A stretch of 64,000 nucleotides of DNA from Macrostomum lignano (Eukaryota), in the NCBI GenBank assembly GCA_002269645.1, contig NIVC01000104.1:372001-436000 (forward strand), given 5' to 3'. The first letter of the stretch is position 1, and each line of letters opens with the position of its first letter. Shown piece by piece: positions 22,487-48,880 of the stretch. A model generated the notes under the pieces. The model did no database searches and was not told the origin of the DNA. It was given only the letters and a program-made list of their open reading frames with translations. Position numbers and translations under genes: made by a program.

Positions 22487-24868
22487 TCAATCAATATCGC
22501 TGTCTCCGCTGCCGCTAGCACCGTCGACGCTCTCGTTGCCATAGTAACCAGCCGCCACGCGTCCTCCCTGACAGATTTTCGACGAACAACGCGGATCGCC
22601 GTTTTCATCTCGCAATTCGCCGCCTAAATAAGCGGGCAGCTGGTCGGGCGCGACTCGATCCAGTAGCTCCATCGTAGCCTGCCGCGGGTCGCTGCTGAGC
22701 ACGTGGATTTTGTTGCGCATAGCTGTGGATAGCAAAGGCTGGCAAAGGCGGTACAGTAACGGAAACACCTGTGCGGATTGGGAGTTCATATTTTATTGAT
22801 GCAGTCCAACCGATATCACTAGTGTAGGAACCAACCTAACAAATCTAATCACCAATCTGACTAGTCTAGTCACCAATCTGACTAATCTAGTCACCAATCT
22901 GACTAATCTAGTCACCAATCTGACTAATCTAGTCACTAATCTGACTAATCTAGTCACCAATCTGACTAATCTAGTCACCAATCTGACTAATCTAATCACC
23001 AATCTGACTAATCTAGTCACTAATCTGACTAATCTAGTCACCAATCTGACTAATCTAGTCACTAATCTGACTAATCTAGTCACCAATCTGACTAATCTAG
23101 TCACTAATCTGACTAATCTAATCACCAATCTGACTAATCTAGTCACTAATCTGACTAATCTAGTCACCAATCTGACTAATCTAGTCACCAATCTGACTAA
23201 TCTAGTCACTAATCTGACTAATCTAGTCACCAATCTGACTAATCTAGTCACCAATCTGACTAATCTAATCACCAATCTGACTAATCTAGTCACTAATCTG
23301 ACTAATCTAGTCACCAATCTGACTAATCTAGTCACCAATCTGACTAATCTAGTCACTAATCTGACTAATCTAGTCACCAATCTGACTAGATCCAATTCAA
23401 ACATATCTGTGACTAATCATTCCCAAATCGAGGTTTGCCTACTGTGGGACTATTGACCACCAGCAGCTGGCTGACAAGTTCGGGATAATTATCTTCCAGC
23501 ATTCGGACCAGCCGCAGGTAGGCGGTCACTCCCGGCGGCCATAGAAAACGCGCCGTAGCACCAGCCATGTCGAAAATCACTGTCATACCGATCACCGGCC
23601 GGCCAAGGCGCCGGGTCTGGCGCCGGCAAAGGCGCAGCGCCAATTCGCACTCGCGCAGTTTGGCTCGGCGCAGATGGCGCCATCGACTGGCGCGCAATAG
23701 TCCGGGCAGATCCAGGGCGCCGAATAGTTCGACTCGAACTGGCCGACCCGAGCGATCGAAGCCGACAAAACCGCCGGACAGATGGCGGCGAAGGACCTCC
23801 GGCAGGCGCTGCTCAGCCTGCGGAGTGAGCAGCCGTTCCGGCCGATGACGCAGACGGAAGTCGGCAGCGGTATTGTACATTGCGACCGCCGAATCCAGGT
23901 CCCAGTTGCGGGCGACTAGCCATCTGTTAGATTTGTTTGTACTGCAGCTATGTAAACAGACGACTAGACAGATGAGTAAGGGGGGCCGAATCCTAGTCTA
24001 GTGCGGCACTCTAATGTGCCAGCGGCTCAGATGTGGGGCTAAATTGGAATCCCGGCTTGGCTCTGCTCGTGCAATTAACGGCCTTGAGGACCAACCCCCA
24101 AGGCACAGTGAAGTGTACATGCCTAACGATAAATAAAGTTAGGGCCGCTGTACACTCCTGTGTGAGTGTGTGCCTGTGCGTATGACTGCGTACGTATCTG
24201 TGCGCTTGTGTGCCTGCTCAGGGGAGTCGGCGGAATGGGTTGTGTGGCAGTGTCGCTTAAAGTGCGCCCAGGGTGCACACAGCCCCTACTGTAATAAAAA
24301 ATATATGAGTAGATGAGCAGCTAGTAGCTAGATAAGTAGATAGCTGAGTATGTCAGCATCTAGATGAGTAGATAGCTGAGTACGTCAGCACTTAGATGAG
24401 TAGATGAGCAGCTAGATTAGTAGCTAGATGAGTAGATAGCTGAGTATGTCAGTATCTAGATGAGTAGATAGCTGAGTACGTCAGCACTTAGATGAGTAGA
24501 TAGCTGAGTATGTCAGTATCTAGATGAGTAGATAGCTGAGTACGTCAGCACTTAGATGAGTAGATAGCTGAGTATGTCAGTATCTAGATGAGTAGATAGC
24601 TGAGTACGTCAGCACTTAGATGAATAGATAGCTGAGTAGATCACCTGCGCAGATTGTCATCAGTTTGAGCAAAGCGTCTGGCTGATTCAACTGTCGCATC
24701 GCAGTCCTCTTCATCCGTGTCATTGTCTTGATAGTCCCGCACTCCATGGACCCTGGAATCTTCTGTCGAGGTAATCAGCAGGTGAGTAACAATCTGTTGT
24801 TTAAACTGCTCAAGCAGAATCGTCTCCTGCTGAACATTATCTGAGCTTCCAGCGACATAATGAGCCAT
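22487..24868 (-). CDS. SEC14L2/3/4-like CRAL-TRIO lipid-transfer protein; complement(join(22487..22768,23443..23923,24645..24868)), about 328 aa
   Basis: GT-AG junctions give TDDNLRR|WLVARNWDLDSAVAM (CRAL-TRIO N-terminal region), then GGFVGFDRSGRPVRVE...VIFDM...LEDNYPE...LLVVNSPT|VFPLLYRLCQPLL...PDQLPAYLGG...GDPRCSSKICQGG. These are hallmark SEC14L2-family motifs. Confidence 0.9.
22850..23390 (+). repeat. 21-bp minisatellite (CTAATCTAGTCAC(C/T)AATCTGA)n in SEC14 intron 2
   Basis: About 25 units. It accounts for the (RLVTRLV)n ORF. Confidence 0.97.
23980..24301 (+). mobile_element. tRNA-derived SINE with a partly deleted head, same family as 48273-48638
   Basis: Body (GGCCTTGAG...CAACCCCCAAGG...AAAGTTAGGGCC...GCTCAGGGGAGTCGGCGGAATGGG...CTTAAAGTGCGCC...GGGTGCACAC) matches the reverse complement of the 48.3-48.6 kb copy. 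A-rich tail. Confidence 0.85.
24305..24640 (+). repeat. About 32-bp tandem repeat (GATGAGTAGATAGCTGAGTA(C/T)GTCAG...) in SEC14 intron 1
   Basis: Directly visible. It abuts the exon-1 donor site. Confidence 0.9.
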
Positions 24869-25169
24869 TGATGCAGCTTGATCGTCAACTATAGGGCTAG
24901 TTACTATGGCCAAACAAATCCTTAAATAGATAAAAGTAGGCTAACCTGACCGATTTTGCGTGACCTCAGCGATTTTGATTGATTTTGAAATTCAATCTTT
25001 TTGGTCAGTTCCAGCTCCCATTCCTAGATATTAGGATTCAAAGTATAAAGTCTGCGCGCTTCGTGTAAGGCTTCAGACGCGCGTGTAGTCTATGGGGAGT
25101 GACTTCCCAAGCTCGATTCGTTCGTAATTCGATCGGGCAATTCAAAATCTAAATAATGCCACTGCAGGC

Positions 25170-25370
25170 TTGGCATCTTCACGCAGCGAATGAAGTTGTT
25201 CTACTAAGAGCTGGCTGTAAAAGGAAGTTGATGGCGAACATTCGGAGACGGCAGGCGAAGTTCTCTGGTCATATTGTGAGGAAGGGAGGAATCGAGCAGC
25301 TGTCAGAGACTGGGAAGATTGAAGGAAAAAGAGATGGTGGAAGACAGTAACCTTTCTGAAGAACCTGTCT
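25170..25370 (+). mobile_element. 3' fragment of an RTE-like LINE ORF2
   Basis: RKLMANIRRRQAKFSGHIVRKGGIEQLSETGKIEGKRDGGRQ resembles the C-terminal motif of RTE-clade ORF2 (IRxRQLxFxGHVxR...GKIEGKRxRGRQ). Confidence 0.75.
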
Positions 25371-25409
25371 CAAGGGAGGAACAGAAAGCTTAGACATTTT
25401 GTCCAGTTT

Positions 25410-26130
25410 AAGGGCTTTCACAGTTCTGAAGGTGGGGGCGTGAGCCCTCTAGCTCCTCGTAGTATTGACGCAATTCTGAGCTGTCGCGTTCCTAACCTGC
25501 CTTTTAAACTCATGGATTGCTTCATGATAGGCGGTTTGGTCCACTGGGCTCTTAGTTTTAGTTGCTCTGCGGTGGAGTCGCTTAGATTCCACCACGGCGC
25601 GGATTTTTCCCTTTATAGGCTTTTAAAGGGCAGGATGCCTCAAAGGCGGCGGTTAGCGTTTCTGTCAGCACAGTCGCGCACTCATATGCTTCTTGGCATG
25701 ACGTGATGGTGAATGGTTGGCCGATGGAACTCCTTCAGGGCGAGCCCGAAGGTTTCCCAATCAGTGTTTCTGGCGTTCTGGTCTCCACGTAACACGATTT
25801 GCGCTACGCGCGGCCATCAGGTTGAAGGAAATGAACTTGTGATCGGGGAGTGAGGACGCTGGAAGCACCCGCCACGCCCCAATACTCTAGTAGAGCTTGT
25901 GTGTTGCGAGTGTGGCGTCGATCACCTCCGACCACCGTCCGTTGTCAAATGTAGGGGTGGACCCAGAGTTGCAAAACTCGAGGATCGTAGAGGCAACGTA
26001 GGCTATGAGGTCTTCGCCTCTCTGATTGATGCCAGTGCTGCCCCAGTGAGTATGGTGGGCGTTGAGGTCGCCGGACACCATGAGCTCGTAGTTTTTGGCA
26101 GAGCAGAGACGTCAGTGAACGCAATCCTGA
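25410..26130 (-). mobile_element. Decayed LOA/R1-like fragment (end of APE domain plus linker), related to the element at 32-38 kb
   Basis: GDLNAHHTHWGSTGINQRGEDL...CNSGSTPTFDNGRWSEVIDATL...DHKFISF...SAPWWN closely parallels ORF2 at 34500-35000. Contains stops and frameshifts. Confidence 0.85.
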
Positions 26131-26594
26131 ATTGTTTCGGCATCCTTGGACGCAGCACTTCATTGGCATTTTGATGAAAAAGATTTTGATTCGTTTGTCT
26201 AAAGAATGTTAGTGAAAAGGCTTCAACTGCCATAGCTAAAGCAATCAGACTTTTCTAGAATTTCTACATGTAACTTGAGGGAGAGAGTGCAAGTTAAAGA
26301 AGTCAACTGAAAAATGCCTAGGCATCCTAAAGTACTAGCATTTAGACAATTTCGTTCAATTAGGGCTGAAGTAGCCTTAGGTTGGAGCAAAGCATTGCTC
26401 AGATAGTACTGCTCTACGAAATTTGCCTATCATTTTACTGCCTATGATTTGGGTTAGTAGGGTCTACAGGGCCATGTATGGAGATCAATGATTTAAATCA
26501 ATAAATAAAAGGCCGTCACACTGATGGGTGTCAGTAAAAGTGCATCACACATGCACTCAACTTGATTTATTAAATCCAGTTATCTAGTGACTCT

Positions 26595-26780
26595 TACACC
26601 ACGCGACCCCTGGTTTGATTCCGTGAGCGGCCACATTCATTTGGGGCTTGCAGTGCACGAAAATTGGCCGGTGGGTCGATCGTCGCTGCCCTATTCGCAC
26701 CCATGAGGGCCAACCCCCAAGGTACAGAGAGTGCTACATCCATGACAATTAGAAAGTCAGCTGTCCGAAGATTCCCATAT
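26595..26780 (+). mobile_element. Diverged tRNA-derived SINE fragment
   Basis: B-box-like GGTTTGATTCC, then GCCACATTCATTTGGGGCT and CCATGAGGGCCAACCCCCAAGGTACAG...AAAGTCAG. These are homologous to the central part of the SINEs at 24 and 48 kb. Confidence 0.6.
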
Positions 26781-27219
26781 GACTGGATATGACAATACTC
26801 AATGTTTCTGTGTGAGTGCTCCGGCATCCCCCGTTCTATGGGCCGTATGCAGAAAGCTCTGTCTAGGGTAGTCCGGTCTTGAAAAGCTAGTCTGGACTTG
26901 GATTTGGTATGCAGAAACACAAAGTTAGACCGGTCTACTATAGACAGAACCAAAGGTAGCTAGACCATAGACTATAGACTGAACCCTCCAAGTCCGGACT
27001 AGCTAATCTGGACTTTATACATACGGCTTTATACATACGGCCCTATATTCACTAAGAATCGAACTCTGAGTTCACACCAAATTTAAATTGCATCTCAAAT
27101 ATTGTCTATGGCGTTTCGGTGCGTTTTTTGATTGACGTCTTCTCGGTTTGCGCGAGCGCCACTTAAGAAAAATGCAAATTTTACCAAGTAGAGATTAAAA
27201 AGCTATAGATAGAAAAGCA

Positions 27220-27753
27220 ATGTACGAGATCCTTACGGCTCTTTTGTTCTGCTTGGCAACAGCATCGCTGCTGGCCACTGTGGCTCTGGTGTTCTACATT
27301 CTCCAGCCGATGCGATCGCCGAGGCTTGGTGACGAAGAGAGCTTCAGCTCCATGGCCGTCAAAGAGTCCCGGAAGCTGGGCCTCTGGCCAGATTCCCGCA
27401 TCTCGGGCAGCTCGACATCAACTCTACAGTTGCAGCCGTCGCGTTTTAAAACTAAGAAGGCCAAGAAGAAGAAGACCGAGACGAAGACCGCAGAAGCAGA
27501 CCAGTCGAAAGACATCACATGGGAGCTTCGCATGTTGAAGCACATGGAGATTGTGAAGTGGCGCCAGGATAACAAACGGGTTCTATCGGAGTTGTCGGAC
27601 AGTTTCTTGTCGACTCAGTCGCCACAGACTGCGGTCGAGATGCCGACAACGATCGAAGCGCAAGCCGAAAGTGCAAAGTCGGACAATTCGCCACTGTCCG
27701 ACAAAACCGACACAAGTCAGAGTAACGACGTTGGCAGCGCTGGTAGCGAGTGA
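27220..27753 (+). CDS. Orphan 177-aa single-pass membrane protein
   Basis: GC-rich ATG-to-stop ORF in AT-rich surroundings. N-terminal hydrophobic helix (ILTALLFCLATASLLATVALVFYIL), Lys cluster KTKKAKKKK, and a Ser/Thr/Asp-rich tail. Confidence 0.6.
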   Translation: MYEILTALLFCLATASLLATVALVFYILQPMRSPRLGDEESFSSMAVKESRKLGLWPDSRISGSSTSTLQLQPSRFKTKKAKKKKTETKTAEADQSKDITWELRMLKHMEIVKWRQDNKRVLSELSDSFLSTQSPQTAVEMPTTIEAQAESAKSDNSPLSDKTDTSQSNDVGSAGSE

Positions 27754-28659
27754 CGCCAGACTCCATTCGGCGGCACTGTAAGTTTTGTTTGTTCGATGAG
27801 CAACGCATGCACAAGAAATTCCCGAGCGCTGGCTAACTTTTAGTTACGCACCTTCTAAACTAAGAATCAAGTCGCCAGCCTTCCAGACCGTCGAGATATT
27901 CAACGATTCTGCCAGTAGGTCGGATATTTCCCATATGCTCCAGTGTGTTCAATACAACCTTAAGCGCTAACCAGCACTGCGCATCAGTGTAGCCTTGCCA
28001 AGCCTCCAAACTTCATCAGCACGTCGAGCACATGTGTCTGTATCAGCTCTGACTTTCGTTAGTCACTGACCTTCACCTAGGTGGAGCTTCTGGACCTTCA
28101 GCAGGTGGCACCAGGTGACTATGGACGCAGTTGCGAATTCCTCTGTCTCTAATCAAGCCTCGACAGTGGGCAAGCCTCAACTGCTGGACATCCTCAGCTG
28201 GCCTCCCAAGCATCTTCAATCAATGGCACCAGTTGACTACCGTTGAATACCTCGACGGCCAGAGACCTGGCGACTTGAGTCTAGTTTGAGAAGGTGCACA
28301 ACAAAAAGTTACCTCTAACTTTTTGTGCCTTCCAATTACTTGAATTTTGAATTTCGGTGTGCACCAGCCGTTCTGGCGCAGCCAAATTTGAAACAAATTG
28401 TCAGGGGATGGCTTGGTGTTCCTACTTTCAAGCATTCTAAACACTATGTCAAGTGAGCGTTCGAGTAGCTTAGACCAGCTTATAATTTAAGATATTTGAT
28501 TGAAGAAATCTATTACGATAGCATTCATTTTTGTTATTATTATTGAATGCGCATGCCTGATTTTTATAATTTATAATTTTTGAGACGAACTAGTCTATGA
28601 ATACTAACATATTTTGCGACGTGAGCTTTCAAGACGTTTATGGATAGCAAGTAATAATT

Positions 28660-28957
28660 ATAATTATAATAATATTAACAATAATTGATTACACTTGCCC
28701 CAATGGCCATCTGAGTAACCGACAGCTCGAGTAACAGAAGGCTGCGTACGGCTGTTCAGTCCAAGAACTCAGTCCAAGAGGGTCGCCACACACACCCTCA
28801 ATTACCCCAGCTAATGCTGGCACCCATTTTACAGCTGGGTGAACTGAAGCAATGCAGAGTTAAGTGTCTTGCTCAAAGATACAAATTGTTCCGAGTAGTT
28901 TGAGAATCGAACCCCCGACCTTCGAGTCGTGAGTCCGACGCTCTAACCACTAACCCC
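28660..28957. mobile_element. CORE-type SINE
   Basis: CCCATTTTACAGCTGGGTGAACTGAAGCAATGCAGAGTTAAGTGTCTTGCTCAAAGATAC resembles the MIR/CORE domain. The reverse complement of 28900-28955 gives a tRNA-like head (TTAGTGGTTAGAGCG...GGTTCGATTCTC), implying minus-strand transcription. A (TAA/ATT)-rich tail lies near 28650-28690. Confidence 0.75.
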
Positions 28958-29569
28958 TCGTTAGCTTGTGCACGCCTGGAGAATTCAAAGTTGAAAAATT
29001 ATAAGCCAGTTTAAGCTACTCAAACGCAACGATCTTATTTGAATGTTGTTTAGAATTCATCTGAGCTAATTTAACGATCAACAAAACTTAACACTTGATG
29101 TTGTTTCAAGGTTCCGGCGATTTAGAAGTGAAGTACAAGAATGAAGCCACCAGCAGCTCTCAATCACAGAGTGCTGAAAAACATCATTTTCGATTTCTTT
29201 CTGTCGCGATTACAAATTTTGTATATTTGATTTCTCTTCATCATATCAATAATTCCTTGCGTAGTGATCTGCCCTATTCGTGATATTTACCGAATAAAAC
29301 AAATAATTTGACCTGTAATTTTGTGATTTTATTTGCGTCTGAGTCCCAGGCGGCAAGTGCAAATCAGAGTAGTTGCGAATCCATTTTTTAGAGTTTGGAT
29401 TATCTAAAAATAATATAATGATATTGTTCTTGCCCGTTTTTACGGATATTATTGTCTAAATCATCACAGTTTATTTATGTTTCTTTTAAATGGGTCCTGG
29501 ATTTAATACTTGGCATATCAAACACCGTAAATTCAGCTTTCCGCTCCTATCAGCTCCATATCTACCCCA

Positions 29570-29860
29570 CAGCTCCCCTCCTCTCCCCACAGCTCCCCTC
29601 CTCTCCCCAGCTCCCCTCCCCTCCCCACAGCTCCCCTCCTCTCCCCACAGCTCCCCTCTCTCCCCACAGCTCCCCTCCTCTCCCCACAGCTCCCTCCTCT
29701 CCCCACAGCTCCCTCCTCTCCCCTCTCCCCCACCTCTCCCCTCCTTTCCCCTCCTCTCCCCACAGCTCCCCCACCTCTCCTCTCCTCCCCTCCTCTCCCC
29801 TCGTCTCCCCAACCTCCCCTCCTCTCTACCCCTCCCCCTCTTCTCTACGTTCCCCATCCG
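29570..29860 (+). repeat. C/T-rich low-complexity repeat (CTCCCCACAGCTCCCCTC variants)
   Basis: Directly visible. Confidence 0.9.
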
Positions 29861-29865
29861 GGGGG

Positions 29866-30055
29866 GGGGTTCACAAACTCGAAATTTCACAGCGTCGAAA
29901 GCACCTTCTTTCACAAGATCGATATTTTACAAGGTCTAAACTTTCACAAGGTAGAAATTTCACAACATAGAAAACTACTGCCTAGTTCTTGTTATTTAAG
30001 TTTTCGCCGCTGTGAAATTTCAAGCTTTTGAAATTTCGACCTTGTGAAAGCACCC
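29866..30055. mobile_element. Small MITE-like inverted-repeat element
   Basis: GGGGTTCACAAACTCGAAATTTCACAGCG is inverted relative to CGCTGTGAAATTTC...GAAATTTCGACCTTGTGAAAGCACCC. Internal TTTCACAAGG subrepeats. Confidence 0.55.
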
Positions 30056-31294
30056 TATTTTATATTCATGTACCATGGTAACCAATTTATTTGTTTCATG
30101 CAATTAAAACTAAAAAAATCCGTAACACTACTGATGTATGATTTCCTACTAGCAGTAGTCACATGCTTGCCAGATCAGTGCTGGTTTTTACCATAAAATA
30201 TATTTTACTAGCTCGTAAGAAAGCTTCTCAAAGCAGATTAATTCGTATCTAGATGGAAATATAGTAGCGTGTATAAAGTTCAATGCTCATTGCTGCTAAA
30301 TAAAATAATGCGCATTCGCATGCACTTTACTGCCTTGCCAGTGGTGCAAACACATTCTAATGAAAAAATTGGTTGCCCCAAGCAATAACTAAAACAAAAA
30401 ATGAAGCGGAAAAAACAAAAAATAGCTACTATGGATATGTTTGAAATGTTTGAAATGAGTTTTTCAAATTTGAAATTTCAACGGTCACACGGACCCGCGA
30501 AAGAGAATATCAACAAGCAACTACATGATATAACAAATCGCCGTGTTAAACAAAAAACGCGTTCAAATTTAAAACTGGATTAGCGTAAAAGAAAAACAAA
30601 AATAGTTGAAATTCAGCACCAGTATGTAAAAAATATCTAATAACGCAAAATTTCTTAGCTAATAAACTAATGAGTGTATAAAGACTTTCTTAGAAAAAAG
30701 TAGAAATTAAAAAGACAGATCCCGCTGGTTATTGTTGTCGCTCTGGGAGATTCTCCCCTCAATCGAGCTGTCCAGAGCTGAGTAGAAAGCTATGTACACA
30801 GTAATACCAGCGTCGGTTGGCGGCAGGTCCATCAGGGAAGGTTATCTTTGCTCGTTTCCTGGGGTTAAGCGAAAGCCAAGCAAAGATGCTTTCCCAGCGG
30901 TCCCATGCAGAAGAATGGCTAAAAACGAAATTCTCATTTCATCAGCGCATCGAACAGAATAAAAGCTGCGCGAAATACGAGCAGAAGACAGCGAAAAGAA
31001 AGTTCAATAAGAAAAGGGCTAAAAATTCTGTACGGTTAGCATATTCATGGTTGTCTACTTTAAGTAAGCGCAAATCGCTTTTAAATTCAACTAATAGAAA
31101 TTGTTTAAACTATCAACAAAGGGCTAGTCAGCAGTGCAACAATGGCGTCAATGCGGAAACAAGAAAATGACCAACAAAAAACAAAACAAACAAAAAATGA
31201 ACTAAAATGTCTGAAAACACAAACTTAACCTAGCGATTCCTGTCGCTTAAATAAAAAACAACACTTTCTAACGTAGTTTTCTATTGATCTAAAA

Positions 31295-46976
<15,682 letters not shown>

Positions 46977-48107
46977 ATGACTATAATGGCCGCTAAAGGT
47001 AGAAGAACTATAAAATATTTAAGATTTCCCACAACAGGTTCAGCAGAAGGTATTGCTATTTTGATTTCTAGTACTTAACGTCTTATTTTTTAAATATGGG
47101 GAAATGATATCAATTTCACTAAATTAAATACACGGAGCGTTGACTGCATAGATACAGGTTAAAACAAAATTGCAAACAGTTAAATAAGGCTGGTAGAAAA
47201 AATTACTAAGCTTAATTTAAAAGCGTTTAAAAATACTGTATGTCTTAGAAAAAGAATATAAATTTAGCTTAGTTTCATATAGTCTTTTCCGAACTCGTAA
47301 TTGCTATTTAATTCAAAGCGCTATTTTAAGCTGGCCTAAGTAGTAACGGGTCTGTTGGATAATCAGTCATCGAATAAAATGACTAAGCTCCCTTAGCATG
47401 CTTACTTATGTTGACCCACGCGTATCTCTTTCTTATGCTTATTTTTATTTTAGCATAGCCCCAGTAATCATTCCAAATTACTGTGTTATTTTAACTTTTA
47501 AAATAACGTACATTTCGTAAATTAAATAGGCCTTAAGTTAACGGCTTAAGCATTTTACTTTCAGGCGTTTTTCATTCTGTCTGACTTTCTAAATGAATCG
47601 GACCAGTTAGTAGCCAGCCTATGCATGATATTGATATGATGAAACTGAACTAGACTAGGTGACTAAGTCTACTAGGACTAAAAATCGTGTATGATTTGAC
47701 AATGATAATGTAGTAAACTAGGTAGGCCTGGTCTACCAACAACTGCCTCATGCTTCCATGTAGCTATGGCTTATGTCAGTAGTGTCTAGGCCTAGCCTTA
47801 TAATTGCTTTATGACAGTCTACTACAGCATACTACTAGACCAAGCTAGACCTATGCCATATTGCCATGACTATTGAATTGCTTAGGCTAGGCCTAGCCTT
47901 TCTTAATTTTAAGGTATTGACAATCTTTATTCTCCTTATTTTGAATTAGACTTTGTCTCCTTAGACCTATTCTCCATATTTTCAGGGACTATCTCCTTAC
48001 TTTTTAAGTTATTTATATTTTTAAAGAAGCCTTTTTAATTAATTTGTTGAAGTTGAAATATTTGAAGGTACTTTGTACCTAAGTGTTTTTTTGTAGATTC
48101 CAAGGAC

Positions 48108-48880
48108 CTTTTAAACTTTGTCCAACTCAGAATATTCTGACTGTTATTCCGACTCATAGGCCTAATACAGTTAAATTATGAGTCGGAATAATGGTCAGAA
48201 TATTCCAACTCTTATTCTGACTGATTAGGCCCTATTTTAAAATACATTACAAGAGTCTAAAATCTAAATATCTTTTTTTTTTATTTAGAGGCAGGGGGGT
48301 TGTGTGCACCCTGGCGCACTTTAAGCGACATTGGCACACAACCGGCGAGAGGCATTACTGCCCATTCCGCCGACTCCCCTGAGCAGGCATACAAGCGCGC
48401 GGATACGTTACGCAGGCACACACTCACACAGGAGTGTACAGTGGCCCTAACTTTATCAATTGTTAGGCATGTACACTTCACTGCGCCTTGGGGGGGTTGG
48501 CTCTCAAGGCCGTTAATTGCACAAGCGAGCCAAGCCGAGATTCCAATCCAGCCCCAAATTAATGTGGCTGCACTTGGAATCGAGCCTGGGTCGCGGCACA
48601 CCAGAGCAGCTGCGCTACCGCTGGGCTACGGCCCCCTCAATCTAAATATCATTTAATCATTCCAACGTTTATGGTTTATACCAACTAATTATTAAATATA
48701 GGCAATTGAGTCAGAATTTATCAATTGATATTACTTGTCTTTCTGGCATTTTAAAAATGCCTTGCAATTGTATTTAATAATCAATCTAAATATTCTGACC
48801 ATTATTCCAACTGGTAATTTAACCACATTATGAGTTGGAATAATGGTTAGAATATTCCAAGTCAGACAAAGTTTAAAAAG
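48108..48880. mobile_element. Foldback/MITE element interrupted by a SINE
   Basis: CTTTTAAACTTTGTC...GACAAAGTTTAAAAAG inverted termini. Each arm carries an internal hairpin (AATATTCTGAC..TTATTCC(G/A)ACT / AGT(C/T)GGAATAATGGT(C/T)AGAATATT). Confidence 0.65.
48273..48638 (-). mobile_element. Full-length tRNA-derived SINE with a 12-bp TSD
   Basis: Minus strand: GGGGCCGTAGCCCAGCGG (A box) ...GGCTCGATTCC (B box), and a 3' AATAAAAAAAA tail. TSD AATCTAAATATC at 48261-48272 and 48639-48650. Confidence 0.92.

Noticed and set aside
22793-23404. 203-aa (RLVTRLV)n ORF, superficially like the Arg/hydrophobic peptide
   Set aside because: It lies inside a well-supported SEC14 intron, derives from a 21-bp array, and has no signal peptide.
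48570-48638. tRNA gene
   Set aside because: The A/B boxes are followed by a SINE body, an A-tail and a TSD. The same holds for the tRNA-like sequence at 28900-28957.
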